From: Eledone cirrhosa
Taxonomy: Eukaryota
DNA length: 64,000 nucleotides
Assembly: GCA_964016885.1 (NCBI GenBank)
Contig: OZ024751.1
Coordinates: 45,818,001-45,882,000 of the forward strand
Reading direction: 5' to 3'
The translations under genes and the position numbers were made by a program. Within the stretch, counting starts at the first letter, position 1. Every line of letters starts with the position of its first letter. Shown in pieces: positions 39,824 through 52,352 of this stretch. Under the pieces are notes generated by a model. The model had not been told where the DNA came from. It did not search any database and saw only the letters and a program-made list of their open reading frames with translations.

Positions 39824-40143
39824 TATATAAATATATACACAGTTCAAGAGTAACCAGTCTTAAAGAGAGAGATGGAGATAGGAGAGGAGAAGAGAGATTG
39901 GTGAGTTAGTTAGAAGCCAAAGCGTAAAGGCATGTGTTCAATGTGCAATATGCAGTGGAAGGCAGCTAGGTGGCTGGGTTCATGCAGAGGTTAGGTACAC
40001 AGAGCTGGAAATATTCATTAGTTAAGCAAAACAAGACCACAAATTTCACAAGGAAGACATTATTAAAAGATTGTCAACATAGTTTTAGTTTAATGTAAGG
40101 AATGTAGAGAATAATAATAATAATAATAATATTTATTATTATT

Positions 40144-40864
40144 AGGCACGGAAGTGCTGTCAGACGGACCTGCCCAAGATGCGCACAGAACGACGAAACC
40201 GTTCTGCACGCACTTGTCCAATGTCCGTGCATTACTGACTTGTGGAGTTATATCGAACAGCTACTGTCGCGTGTGGAACGAATCCGGCTATCGGCCGAGT
40301 CCATAGTGAAGATCGAGCCGCCACCTTCCTTAGGTCAGGAAGAGCAGGACATTTTCCTCTGTCTGGTGACAGTTGCGAAAGAGATTATATGGTGGACCAG
40401 GTTGAAAGGACTAAAGACAGACACTTTTCTCTTCGGCCAATCCCTCATCAACTTCTTCAAGTTTCACCTGGAAAGGAGGGTGAGGGTGGAGAGAGAAGTG
40501 CTACCCCCCAGTACATTTGCTAAAAGGTGGGTGAATGTGGTGAGAATGGCTCGTGTGAATGGGCCTACTCTGACCATGCGCCTATAGGCTGGCTAACTTG
40601 AGGAGAGGGGTGCTCTCCTGGGTGCCCTAGAAGCGTAGGGTGGTTCAGGATTGGTGGGGTACCCGAATCACCCCAGGGTCGTCCACCCCCTATCGGGGAA
40701 TTTATTTTGTTATATTTATGCATAGTTTATTTTATATTTTTTATATTTTCATTGTTAAATTAGTGTTGCCATTGTGCACTTTTACTCGACCTTATTGTAA
40801 ACCCCCACTGTCCCTGTCTTTGTATTGTCCCCTACATGTCGGCCCTTGTGGCTAATAAATGAAA
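40144..40864 (+). mobile_element. 5'-truncated Tx1-like LINE of a divergent subfamily, inserted in (TTA)n
   Basis: CPRC...ETVLHALVQC...KEIIWWTRLKGLK...RVNGPTL*; ends AATAAATGAAA; (TTA)n on both flanks. Confidence 0.85.
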
Positions 40865-40887
40865 TCATTATTATTATTATTAAGTTA

Positions 40888-40990
40888 ATCCCGCCGAGGT
40901 TAACTTTGCCTTTCATCCTTCCGGGGTCGATAGAATAAAGTACCAGTATTGCATTGGGTAATTGCTGGCCTTGTGCCTAAAGTAGAAACA
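40888..40990 (+). mobile_element. 5'-truncated SINE (5605 family)
   Basis: ATCCCGCCGAGGTTAACTTTGCCTTTCATCC...AAAGTAGAAAC. Confidence 0.8.
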
Positions 40991-41140
40991 ATTATTATTA
41001 TTATTATTATTATTCTCTACATTCCTTACATTAAACTAAAACTATGTTGACAATCTTTTAATAATGTCTTCCTTGTGAAATTTGTGGTCTTGTTTTGCTT
41101 ATCTAATGAATATATAAATATATATATATATATAAATGTA

Positions 41141-41234
<94 letters not shown>

Positions 41235-41443
41235 GTGTGTGTGTAAAACTGTCGTGATTGTGTTCCCGAGAGAACCTCTATGTGTTTACTCCACCTGTTG
41301 CTAGAGATAGAAGTCAAATCTAATCCAATCACACCTTATTTGTCTTAAGGGAAGCAGATCGCTTTTCATAATTTACTCCAAGATAATCTGTTTTGTAAAA
41401 GGTGAGGTGGTTATGGCTGGAACGCCGTACATAATTGGAATCC

Positions 41444-41510
41444 TTGACCACGATAAACCTGGATTTGAAAGATCAATAACTGAAACAACAGGAAAGCAAC
41501 AAAAAGCAGG

Positions 41511-41541
<31 letters not shown>

Positions 41542-41808
41542 ACAGAAACATCATCAACAATAACAGCAATATCAACGACAACAACAACAGTTGAAACAAT
41601 GTAGAATCGAACTCGAAACTCCAATCTATTAAGATTGGAGTTTCGAGTTCGATTCTACATCGTTTCAACTACATCGTTGTTGTCGTTGATATTGCTGTCA
41701 TTGTTGATGTTGTTTCTGTCATTGTTGTTGTTGTTGTTGTTTCTGCTTTTTGTTGCTTTCCTGTTGTTTCAGTTATTGATCTTTCAAATCCAGGTTTATC
41801 GTGGTCAA
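41444..41808. repeat. Long palindrome, ~180-bp arms, 4-nt loop at 41628-41631
   Basis: TTGACCACGATAAACCTGG...CCAATCT-atta-AGATTGG...CCAGGTTTATCGTGGTCAA. Confidence 0.9.
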
Positions 41809-41958
41809 TGAATTAAAAAGAGGAGGGCGAAGGTAAAAAACAAAAATAAAAAATAAAACTGACCAACTCAGGACAGTCTCTTCTCGACCGCTGGAGATAA
41901 GTACTTTATGGTTAATACAACGGAGTCCAGTGCACACAGGACTATAACAAAGGGACAA
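41808..41958. repeat. 150-bp dispersed direct repeat, second copy at 43120-43269
   Basis: ATGAATTAAAAAGAGGAGGGCGAAGG...ACAAAGGGACA present twice with few substitutions. Confidence 0.9.
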
Positions 41959-42122
41959 ATATGCAGTGAGAGTGGCTTTAGTAAAGCCACTCTCACTGCA
42001 TATTTTTCATTTATTCGCTCTCCCGCATCTCTCTCTCTCCCTCTTTCTTTTTCGCTTTATCTCTCCTTATTTCTTTCTCTCTCCTTCCTTTTATACCCCC
42101 CCCCCCCCTCCGTGGCTCTCGC

Positions 42123-42193
<71 letters not shown>

Positions 42194-42333
42194 CTCTCCC
42201 TCTATTCACCACCGCCGCCCTCTCGTATATTGTATTGTCAAATCCACTCTACTGAAATATTTGTTTTACTACAATGGTCTGTCGGTTATTTCATCCAGTC
42301 TCTCTATTTCTATCTTTCACACTATGTTAATCG

Positions 42334-42442
<109 letters not shown>

Positions 42443-42540
42443 GACACACAGGATTGAATCAGCATTAAACCACCGAGTTAGACCATTACTCAACAGAGTA
42501 CTCGATACTTGGGGTTGCAGAGTGGGTAATAGGAAAAGAT

Positions 42541-42641
42541 TCAGGACCCCGACGGCTGAGCTCCGGCCGTTTCGACAGCTAGATCCGTACAGTTCGGATC
42601 TAGCTGTCGAAACAGCCGGAGCTCAGCCGTCGGTGTCCTGA
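42541..42641. repeat. GC-rich 101-bp hairpin made of two inverted hammerhead 3' halves
   Basis: 47-bp arms with 7-nt loop; arm reads GAAAC-GGC-cggagctca-GCC-GTC. Confidence 0.8.
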
Positions 42642-43039
42642 CTTTTTTCATATATATATATATATATATATATGAGGGTGTTAAAGTTTGCTTGAAGCAT
42701 TGTGAAATGTGTAAAATACGTAGTTTAGAAAGCCACAACAATGCAGAGGGAAATCTCGAGGTAGGAAGTGAATGATAGATAAGAGAAATAGGAGAAAGTG
42801 AAAATAGAGAGAGACAACGATGAAAACAAAAGAAAGGAAGAAGGGTTACCGTAGTGGAGATTTAATCCCAATATTTCGGGCTCACGCCCATCAACGGGGG
42901 AAAGTTCCAAAGGGGGGGGGGGGGGAACAGGCTAAGCGGAGAAAGTTGTGATGTCGTTAACGACAGCTTAGCAAATCAAATATAGCGATCGGCAGTCCAG
43001 CCGCATCACCAGAGCAACGAAAATACAGGACTCAGGAAA

Positions 43040-43083
<44 letters not shown>

Positions 43084-43334
43084 TTGAAAAGGTATCTCGC
43101 GCGGCTAAAATCATACAAAATGAATTAAAAAGAGGAGGGCGAAGGTAAAAACCAAAAATCAAAAATAAAACTGACCAACTCAGGACAGTCTCTTCTCGAC
43201 CGCTGGCGATAAGTACTTTATGGTTAATACAACGGAGTCCAGTGCACACAGGACTATAACAAAGGGACACGAGACAAGAGGATTGGCCTTTTGACTATTT
43301 ACAAATAAAATGAAATGTCAAACCAATGTTCTGC

Positions 43335-43404
<70 letters not shown>

Positions 43405-43611
43405 GTGAGGTTTTTTTTACAAAATGAAAAATAACCGAGGTGTCCTACACGAGTGAAAGTATAAAGAAAAAAAGATGAAATCGAAAATGCAACTGGAGTC
43501 TTATTTTAAAAAATATATATATATATTTATTTGGTCCCTTTACCGGTTTCGCAGCCCCTCCGTTTTCAAAAGTAGAGTTGAGATGGAGGGTCTGTGGTTT
43601 TTCTCACATGC

Positions 43612-43647
<36 letters not shown>

Positions 43648-44149
43648 GCATGTATGTACACAACAAATTCAAAAGGATATTTAGCAGTCATTGATGTCAT
43701 CTACTTCGTTGGAAGTCGGAATGGTTTAAGTGGTTTAATTACGAGAACGAGGCTGTTAGTTGTTAGTTCAATGTTCGGAAGAAGGTCAGTGATCTTCAGG
43801 AAGAGGAAACGTAGCGTTGAGAACGAGGTAAGCATTTTGTTGAGTGCTGAGGAGAAAGAGGTAAGTATTTCGTTCAGTGCTGAGAAGAACGAGGCAGTTG
43901 GCTCACAGTTCAGTACGGAGCTTGCCATGGTGTTTCAGAAGTAAGCTAACATTACATCAGGTAAAAGGAATTTCAATTCTGTAGCTAGAGAATATCCAGT
44001 TACATACAGCAAGCTGAAATATCTACGAATATACTGTTACCACACATCGCCTCTCACCCTACACCACCTCCACTCCACCCCACTCACCGCTCACTGCTTT
44101 CAACCCAACCAAACCCTCTTCCTCAATCAACTCCGACCATCACGAACTT

Positions 44150-44190
44150 TATATACATACATACATACATATATATGTATATATATATAT

Positions 44191-44233
<43 letters not shown>

Positions 44234-44264
44234 TATAAACATATATATATATACAGATATATAA

Positions 44265-44323
<59 letters not shown>

Positions 44324-44370
44324 CATATATATAAACATATATATAAACATATATATATATATACATATAC

Positions 44371-44431
<61 letters not shown>

Positions 44432-44501
44432 TATACATATATATACATACATATATATAAACATATATATATATATACATATATATACATACATATATAT
44501 A

Positions 44502-44549
<48 letters not shown>

Positions 44550-44553
44550 CATA

Positions 44554-44593
<40 letters not shown>

Positions 44594-44653
44594 CATACAT
44601 ATATATATAAACATATATATATATATATATATATACATACATATATATAAACA

Positions 44654-44690
<37 letters not shown>

Positions 44691-44732
44691 GTATATATAT
44701 ATATATATATATATACATACATATTTATAAAC

Positions 44733-44763
<31 letters not shown>

Positions 44764-44878
44764 CATATATATATAAACATATACATATATATAAACATAT
44801 ATATATATATATATATATATACATACATATATATAAACATATATATATATATATATATATACATACATATATATAAAC

Positions 44879-44913
<35 letters not shown>

Positions 44914-45003
44914 CATATATATACATATATATATACATATATATACATACATATATATAAACATATATATATATATATACATATATATACATACATATAT
45001 ATA

Positions 45004-45049
<46 letters not shown>

Positions 45050-45059
45050 CATATATATA

Positions 45060-45109
<50 letters not shown>

Positions 45110-45120
45110 CATATATATAA

Positions 45121-45205
<85 letters not shown>

Positions 45206-45215
45206 CAGATATATA

Positions 45216-45255
<40 letters not shown>

Positions 45256-45268
45256 CAGATATATAAAC

Positions 45269-45299
<31 letters not shown>

Positions 45300-45309
45300 C
45301 ATATATATA

Positions 45310-45349
<40 letters not shown>

Positions 45350-45359
45350 CATATATATA

Positions 45360-45397
<38 letters not shown>

Positions 45398-45407
45398 CAT
45401 ATATATA

Positions 45408-45457
<50 letters not shown>

Positions 45458-45458
45458 T

Positions 45459-45517
<59 letters not shown>

Positions 45518-45532
45518 TATATATATATATAT

Positions 45533-45579
<47 letters not shown>

Positions 45580-45620
45580 TATACATACATACATATATAT
45601 ACACACATATATATACATAC

Positions 45621-45665
<45 letters not shown>
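44150..45665. repeat. Long (TA)n compound microsatellite with recurring ACATACATATATATAAAC unit
   Basis: Read directly. Confidence 0.95.
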
Positions 45666-45668
<3 letters not shown>

Positions 45669-45892
45669 AGGGACACCAGAAACCCCAGTTGTTGTTGTTG
45701 TAGTATTAATTACCCTGTTAAATGAAGGGAACATTTCTAAGATGCCAAGACTTCCTAATTCCTAATCTGAAATATGTGTTTCTGAGTCTGTGTCTGTGAC
45801 TGTATATATATGTATGTAAACATATGTATGTATGTAAATGTAAATATATATGTTAGAATGCATGCATATATGTATGTATATAAACGTATGTG

Positions 45893-45927
<35 letters not shown>

Positions 45928-45957
45928 TATACATTCATATATAATATATATATATAC

Positions 45958-46032
<75 letters not shown>

Positions 46033-46560
46033 CTATATATGCATCCAAAAGACCATGAATTTGAGATCCAGTCTCAACACACGGCCTCTCGCTTCATCCG
46101 ATGCAGCCCTCACCCGTGGCCATGAAATCAAACGGCACCTCTGCCTCCTCACATAACACCCGCTATCCATTCTCTGTCGATCTTCCGAACGAACCAAGGA
46201 GAAACACACAGAAGCCAGATGTCTCGTTCCACCATCACTTTTCCTATTTCCGATACAGTTCATCAGATTGGTGTATCTTTCGATGTATGTCAATAAATGT
46301 TGGGGGTTTGTCTCCCACGGTAAACCCAGCCATGTATTGGCTGACGTGCCTACAAGATGTCTCACATAGTGACCTGCCAATTGCAGTCATTACTGAGTTA
46401 TCTTTCCATGCCAGACCATCATAGAGTGTTCTAGGCTGGTTGGTGGTGTGTCATACTTGCTGTGAGATTGCCTTTCTTTTCTTCAAAGATATTTTCTGTT
46501 TGCCATCGAAACTCCGCGTTTAATAGGTGTCCAGATTTTGAGTTTATACACACACACACA

Positions 46561-46656
<96 letters not shown>

Positions 46657-46756
46657 AATATATATATTCCCACGTTTTTCTCGTGGTTAGATATCCAAAT
46701 GCATCTACGAATGTTTCTACGTGTGCATATACGTTCGAATATATATATGCGCACAA

Positions 46757-46799
<43 letters not shown>

Positions 46800-46936
46800 T
46801 AGATATTTATACATATATATATATATATATATATACTTATATATAATTACATATAATTATACGCATATATATATAAATTATATATATATATATACATATA
46901 TTTATACTTATCTTCTTTTCCTCCTCTCTCTATATG

Positions 46937-46968
<32 letters not shown>

Positions 46969-47024
46969 ATAGAGGCTATCAAATGTCTGCAGAGAAGGTG
47001 ACCTTCACTCTAGAAATGTCAACA

Positions 47025-47062
<38 letters not shown>

Positions 47063-47570
47063 CCCACTATCAAGTAAAGTGTCACAGCTGTACCAGTGTC
47101 AAATAGCAGGAAATTAAATTGTCCTTTGTAAAATACCTGAGACACAAATCTGAAACCTTACAACCGCCGCCGCCGCCAACATCACCACTGCCACCACCAC
47201 CACCACCACCACCACCACCAGCACCACCACCACCACATCAACTAATGTCATCGCCACCACAACTACTAATGTCAACGCCACCACCATCATCGCCACCACC
47301 ACCATCGCCACCACAGCTACAAATCGTCACCGCCGCCGCCGCCGCCACCATCGCCACGGCAGCTACAAACGTCACCGCCGCCGCCACCACCATCGCCACG
47401 GCAGCTACTAACGTCACCGCCGCCACCACCACCATCGCCACGACAGCTACTAACGTCATCGCCACCACCACCACCATCGCTACCGCAATACTACCTCCAA
47501 TACATCTACCGTTACCACTACCACCTCAGCTACCACCTAGTACAACCATTGCCACTGTCACTGTGGTCAA

Positions 47571-47642
<72 letters not shown>

Positions 47643-47667
47643 CACCACCACCACCACCACCACCACC

Positions 47668-47719
<52 letters not shown>

Positions 47720-47786
47720 ACATCATTGCCTGCATCACTGAGATCACTTCCCTACTACTCAAACATATCTATCTATCTATCTATCT

Positions 47787-48983
47787 CATGGAACGCATGC
47801 TCTTCCAATTTCTTTGGAAGAAGCGTCCTCCTATGGTGAGAAGATCCATCTGCTGCCAACAACCTTCGAAAGGAGGGCTGGGGATGCCGTGGTTGATGAT
47901 GCGTAGGCACGCATTAAGGCTACGGCACCTACAGGTATTCCTCACTGGTCAACCGGTGTGGGCTCCGTTCGTGAAACGAGCCTTTCCGAGACTCGTCTCA
48001 CTCACCGAGCTACAGTCCTGGGTCAAGCAAAGATCCGGAAAACTGGGAGACTGGCACACTGAGTGTGCTCAGGCGCTCAGGGCTCTCTGGCAAGCGGGCC
48101 GGGCCATCGGTGGAGAATCCACCTCATCATTCTATAGAGGGCTGGTGGCTAGCAGGGGCGATGACACCCTTGGAGAGTCGCTGGACATGGAAGAAGACGA
48201 ACTGGCCAGCCTGTTCGGTAGGACTTTCGGCCCAGGACCAATGGACAACTTCCAGAAGTCACTGGCCTGGCAGTGCTACCGAGGGGCTCTACCCGTTCGA
48301 GAGAGGCTCTACAGACACGGGCGCCCGGGCAGGGATCCCTCAAAAAAGATTTGCCCTAGATGCGTGCGTCACGAAGAAACCGTGGCGCACGCATTGGTGC
48401 AATGTCCTGGCGTGGCTGATCTGTGGGGCTACGCCGAACAACTGCTGTCGCGGGTGGCGCCGATTAAATTGACCGCCGAGTCCGTGATGACAATCAAACC
48501 GCCTCCCCTCTTCACAAAGGAAGCAAAGGCGGTTTTTCTGTGCGTAATAGCCATGTTGAAAGAGGTTGTTTGGTGGACACGATTGAAAGGTCTGAGGTCA
48601 GGCAACTTCCTCTCTGGCCATAGTCTGGTCTACTTCTTCCGATATCACTTCGGAAGAAGGATAAGAATGGAGAGAGAGGTGCTTGGCCACAGGCAGTTTT
48701 ATGAAAGGTGGGTGATAGTGGCGAGAATGGCTCGTGTAAATGGGCCTTCTCTGTATACCATCCTGTAGGTAAAGAAGTAAAGGAGAGGGGAGCACCTTCT
48801 CCATGTGCTCCCCGAGCAAAGGATTGCACACTTTTTCGGGGGTGTGTGCAACCCCCATCACGTCCCCTCCCTTTTGAGGTTATTTTCGATTATTTTCATG
48901 TTACACCCTTTTTACTCGATTATATGTAAACTCCCCCTTTGTGTTTGTCCCTTCTTTTTATGCCTTTATGGTAAATAAAGAAA
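47787..48983 (+). mobile_element. 5'-truncated Tx1-like LINE copy A (ORF2 C-terminus and 3' UTR)
   Basis: MERMLFQFLWKK...CPRC..ETVAHALVQC..RVNGPSL*; flanked by (ATCT)n on both sides. Confidence 0.9.
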
Positions 48984-48998
48984 TCTATCTATCTATCT

Positions 48999-49867
48999 GA
49001 AGAGGGTTGATCCGCAGCAAGTGCGACGGTGCGCTCGGTGAAACTCTAGGCGTAGAGGAAGATGAACTGGCCAGTCTGTTCGGTAGGACCTTCCGCCCGG
49101 GACCGATGGACAACTTCCAAAAGTCCCTGGCCTGGCAGTGCTACCGAGGAACTCTACCAGTTCGAGACAAGCTCTACAGACATGGGCGCCCGGGCAGGGA
49201 CCCTGCAAAAAAGATCTGTCCGAGGTGCGTGCGAGACGAAGAAACCGTCGCGCACGCATTCATACACTGCCCGGGCGTCACTGACCTGTGGGGCTATTTA
49301 GAACGATTGTCGCGGGTGGGACCAATCCGGTTGACCACCGAGTCCATTGTCCTGATCAAACCGCCACCCTCCTTCAAAAACGAAGGAGAGGCGGTTTTCC
49401 TTTGTGTGATAGCTATGGCGAAAGAGGTTGTATGGTGGACGAGGTTGAAAGGGCTGAGGTCAGACACCTTTCTCTCCGGCCAACAACTGATTCTTTTTTT
49501 CAAATACCACTTTGGAAGAAGAATCAGGATGGAGAGAGAGGTGCTGTACTCCAGAAAGTTTTATGAAAGGTGGGTGAAAGTGGCGAGAATGGCCCGAGTG
49601 AATGGGCCTTCTCTCTATATCAGCCTGTAGGTTGAGGAAAAGGAGGAGGAGAGGAAAGGAGTACAAACTCTTCATACTCCTGGAGATGAGGGTTGCACAT
49701 TTTTTCGGAGGTATGTGTTACCCATATAAACTGTCTCCCCCTATTGGGGAAAATCGACTAATTTTTTAAATTGCATTTGTGATAACATTTTACACGTTTT
49801 TATTGTATGTAAACTTCCCCTTTTGTATTTGTCCCCTTCTTTTGTGCCCCTGTGGCTAATAAAGAAA
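48999..49867 (+). mobile_element. 5'-truncated Tx1-like LINE copy B
   Basis: Homologous to 55146-55984; starts after (TCTA)n; ends AATAAAGAAA before CATATCTATCT. Confidence 0.9.
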
Positions 49868-49878
49868 CATATCTATCT

Positions 49879-50389
49879 GAATGGCCCGTGTGAATGGGCC
49901 TTCACTCTACATCAGACTATAGGTGAGGAAGATGAAAGATCAAGGGAGCACCCTCTCTCTGTGCTCCCGAGGAGAAGGGTTGCACACTTTTTTCGAGGGT
50001 GTGTGCGACCCCCCCCCCCCCCAAGGCGCCTCCTCCCTATTGAAGAATTTGTTATTAAATTTATTTTTGTTATATTTTATATATTATTTTTTAGGTGGAT
50101 TGGCAGTATCGGTAGAGGGTCGGACGCCATGCTTTCCAGCATAGTTACGTCCCTTTGCGATCTGAGTTCAAATCCCGCCGAGGTTGACTTTGCCTTTCAT
50201 CCTTACGGGGTCGATAAAATAAAGTACCAGTAATGCACTGGTTTATTGCTGGCCTTGTGCCTAAAGTAGAAACAATTATTTTTTATATCTTGTTATTGCC
50301 TCCTCCTTATTGAGGACGCCCTTTTTATGTAAACTCCCCCCATTGTACTTGTCCCACTCTTTGATGCCCTGGTGGCAAATAAAAAGAAA
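49879..50389 (+). mobile_element. Short Tx1-like 3'-end copy C, interrupted by a SINE
   Basis: GAATGGCCCGTGTGAATGGGCC... 3' UTR resumes at 50286; ends AATAAAAAGAAA before (TATC)n. Confidence 0.8.
50094..50274 (+). mobile_element. SINE (5605 family) nested in LINE copy C, with 11-bp TSD
   Basis: ATTATTTTTTA at 50083-50093 and 50275-50285. Confidence 0.85.
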
Positions 50390-50586
50390 GTTATCTATCT
50401 ATCTATCTGTCTGTCTGTCTGAGGATAGTAGACGTGTTTCATATCGCTCTGTGATTTGGAATTTTACCTGCTATATTTGTGAGTTAATTTTTTTGAATTC
50501 TTTTGTATCATTAACTCTAACCCCTAGTCTGGGACTATAGACGTAGGGTAAATATATTTTCACCTGAAAAAATAAATATTTCAGAA

Positions 50587-52329
50587 ATGTTTATCGATAT
50601 CGTTGATAACGTTATCGTCGAAAACGATATCGCTATATTGGAAGCGAACGCCACGCCGACCAAAAAAACAAGCGGGAAAGAGGGAACAACAGTTCAAACT
50701 GTTGAACAGCCCCTCCTCTCCAATGAAAAAAAAAAGAATTTTAATTCAAATGAAAAAATTAATTTTCAAGAAAAAAATAACACCACAAATAAGGAAACCA
50801 ACAACATTACAACAACAAACACAGACAACAAAATTTCTTTTGCCCAAACACTCAGGAAAGCCACGGAATACAAACCCATTGACATCACGAACGCTAAGGA
50901 AAATTTGCTAGAGGCTAGAAAATACGTATCTTTTGGGGAGGATGGTTCTTTTACGATCAACTCCCCAGAAGAAGTGCGTCAACAGATTTACAAGAATACC
51001 GTAACCTACAGAACCATAACCAACGAAACGAGAAAGCCAGCGCAATTGACCGAAAGTCAAATTGAGCTGGTTCTGAAAGACATTAAAAAGGACATACTCT
51101 TTATTCAAAAAGGAAAGCTGTATGCCAGCATTATGGTCCGAATGAAGGACGAAATGCTGGCTCAGAAATATTCGGTGGCACCTATAGTGTCACCACAATA
51201 CACCTTCTTCCCCACATATAAAGGAAGAAGAACACAAAGGATAAGAATGTGGAGCCCTACGCCAGAAATTAACATCTGGTCCGTCCTAACAGGATTTACC
51301 GACCTAGATAAGGACATACTCATTTCAGCAGGGGAGTCCACCAGTGGACTGTTCGGGGGGAAAAGTCTGGAGGTTCTCTTACAGATGACACCTGAGAGAA
51401 TCTCCGGAATACCCGACCGAGTGCTACTGGATGGGCGAACCTTCATAAATATCACAGTGGAAGGCAGCAGACCCTCATGTTACCACTGCGCTGGCAGAGG
51501 TCACCTGAGGACAGCCTGCCCTCTACTAACAACAAAAAAATCACTGCTACAAACACCACAACAACAACAAAAACAACCAGCACCACCATCACAAAAACAA
51601 CAAAATACACTACCAGCACCACCAGAACGACAACAAAAACCAACAACACCACCACCACCACCACCACAACAACAACATCAACAACAGCTCAAGAAAACAA
51701 CCCAAAACACGGTCCCACCCAGCCCCACCCCACAGAACACAAATACAAAAACAGTTCATACACAACCCGGAGATATACCCCTCCCCTCCAATACGGAAGA
51801 GGAGGGGGCTCCCTTCCAAAAAGTGAAAAGAAAAAAACGTACACACACCACACAAACAAAAATAACCCCACCTGACAACACAACACAGACAATAAAACGC
51901 AAACTCACTCAACAACAACAAGCAAAAACAAACACAACAACACAAAAACTCTACACATACATAAACAAAAACAATGAAAACCTAACTTTAAAAATAGAAA
52001 CCAGCCCTTCGATACAAACCGAAGGGCCGAATTTCGTAACGGCAATGGGGCTCCCTAACCTGAAAATGGTGAAAATCCCACTTGAGATTTTCAAAACTTT
52101 GAAAGACATTTACCCTGAGGACGTGGGCCCACCCTGCACCAGGCCACTCAACCGCGTCTTCCTGAAAGGTTTTCCCCTCCCCTCCTCAAACACCCACACA
52201 ACTCCAAAGATCCCAACCCCTCCACACACTAATACCCCCACACCACCACAAACCACCACCCGACCCATCAACCCCTCCACCAGCCCCATGGAAACTGAGC
52301 GACCCGAACCCCGGGACGCAGAGAGGTAA
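50587..52329 (+). CDS. LINE ORF1 protein (580 aa) with CCHC zinc knuckle
   Basis: Intact ORF; CYHCAGRGHLRTAC = CX2CX4HX4C; P/T/Q-rich tail; directly upstream of APE-RT. Confidence 0.85.
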   Translation: MFIDIVDNVIVENDIAILEANATPTKKTSGKEGTTVQTVEQPLLSNEKKKNFNSNEKINFQEKNNTTNKETNNITTTNTDNKISFAQTLRKATEYKPIDITNAKENLLEARKYVSFGEDGSFTINSPEEVRQQIYKNTVTYRTITNETRKPAQLTESQIELVLKDIKKDILFIQKGKLYASIMVRMKDEMLAQKYSVAPIVSPQYTFFPTYKGRRTQRIRMWSPTPEINIWSVLTGFTDLDKDILISAGESTSGLFGGKSLEVLLQMTPERISGIPDRVLLDGRTFINITVEGSRPSCYHCAGRGHLRTACPLLTTKKSLLQTPQQQQKQPAPPSQKQQNTLPAPPERQQKPTTPPPPPPQQQHQQQLKKTTQNTVPPSPTPQNTNTKTVHTQPGDIPLPSNTEEEGAPFQKVKRKKRTHTTQTKITPPDNTTQTIKRKLTQQQQAKTNTTTQKLYTYINKNNENLTLKIETSPSIQTEGPNFVTAMGLPNLKMVKIPLEIFKTLKDIYPEDVGPPCTRPLNRVFLKGFPLPSSNTHTTPKIPTPPHTNTPTPPQTTTRPINPSTSPMETERPEPRDAER

Positions 52330-52352
52330 GTGCCTCTTTCTTTGCCACCAAC

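Larger units (their letters stand above)
40011..41113. repeat. Inverted repeat, ~120-bp arms (40011-40130 / 40995-41113), enclosing a LINE fragment and a SINE fragment
   Basis: AAGCAAAACAAGACCACAAATTTCACAAGG...GTAGAGAATAAT reappears as its reverse complement. Confidence 0.85.

Noticed and set aside
43690-43945. Short ORFs on both strands with a 33-bp internal repeat
   Set aside because: No recognisable domain or convincing splice pair
47119-48768. 549-aa ORF suggesting a mucin-like/RT fusion protein
   Set aside because: Trinucleotide tracts happen to be in frame with a 5'-truncated LINE copy; TTG start; junction is the (ATCT)n target
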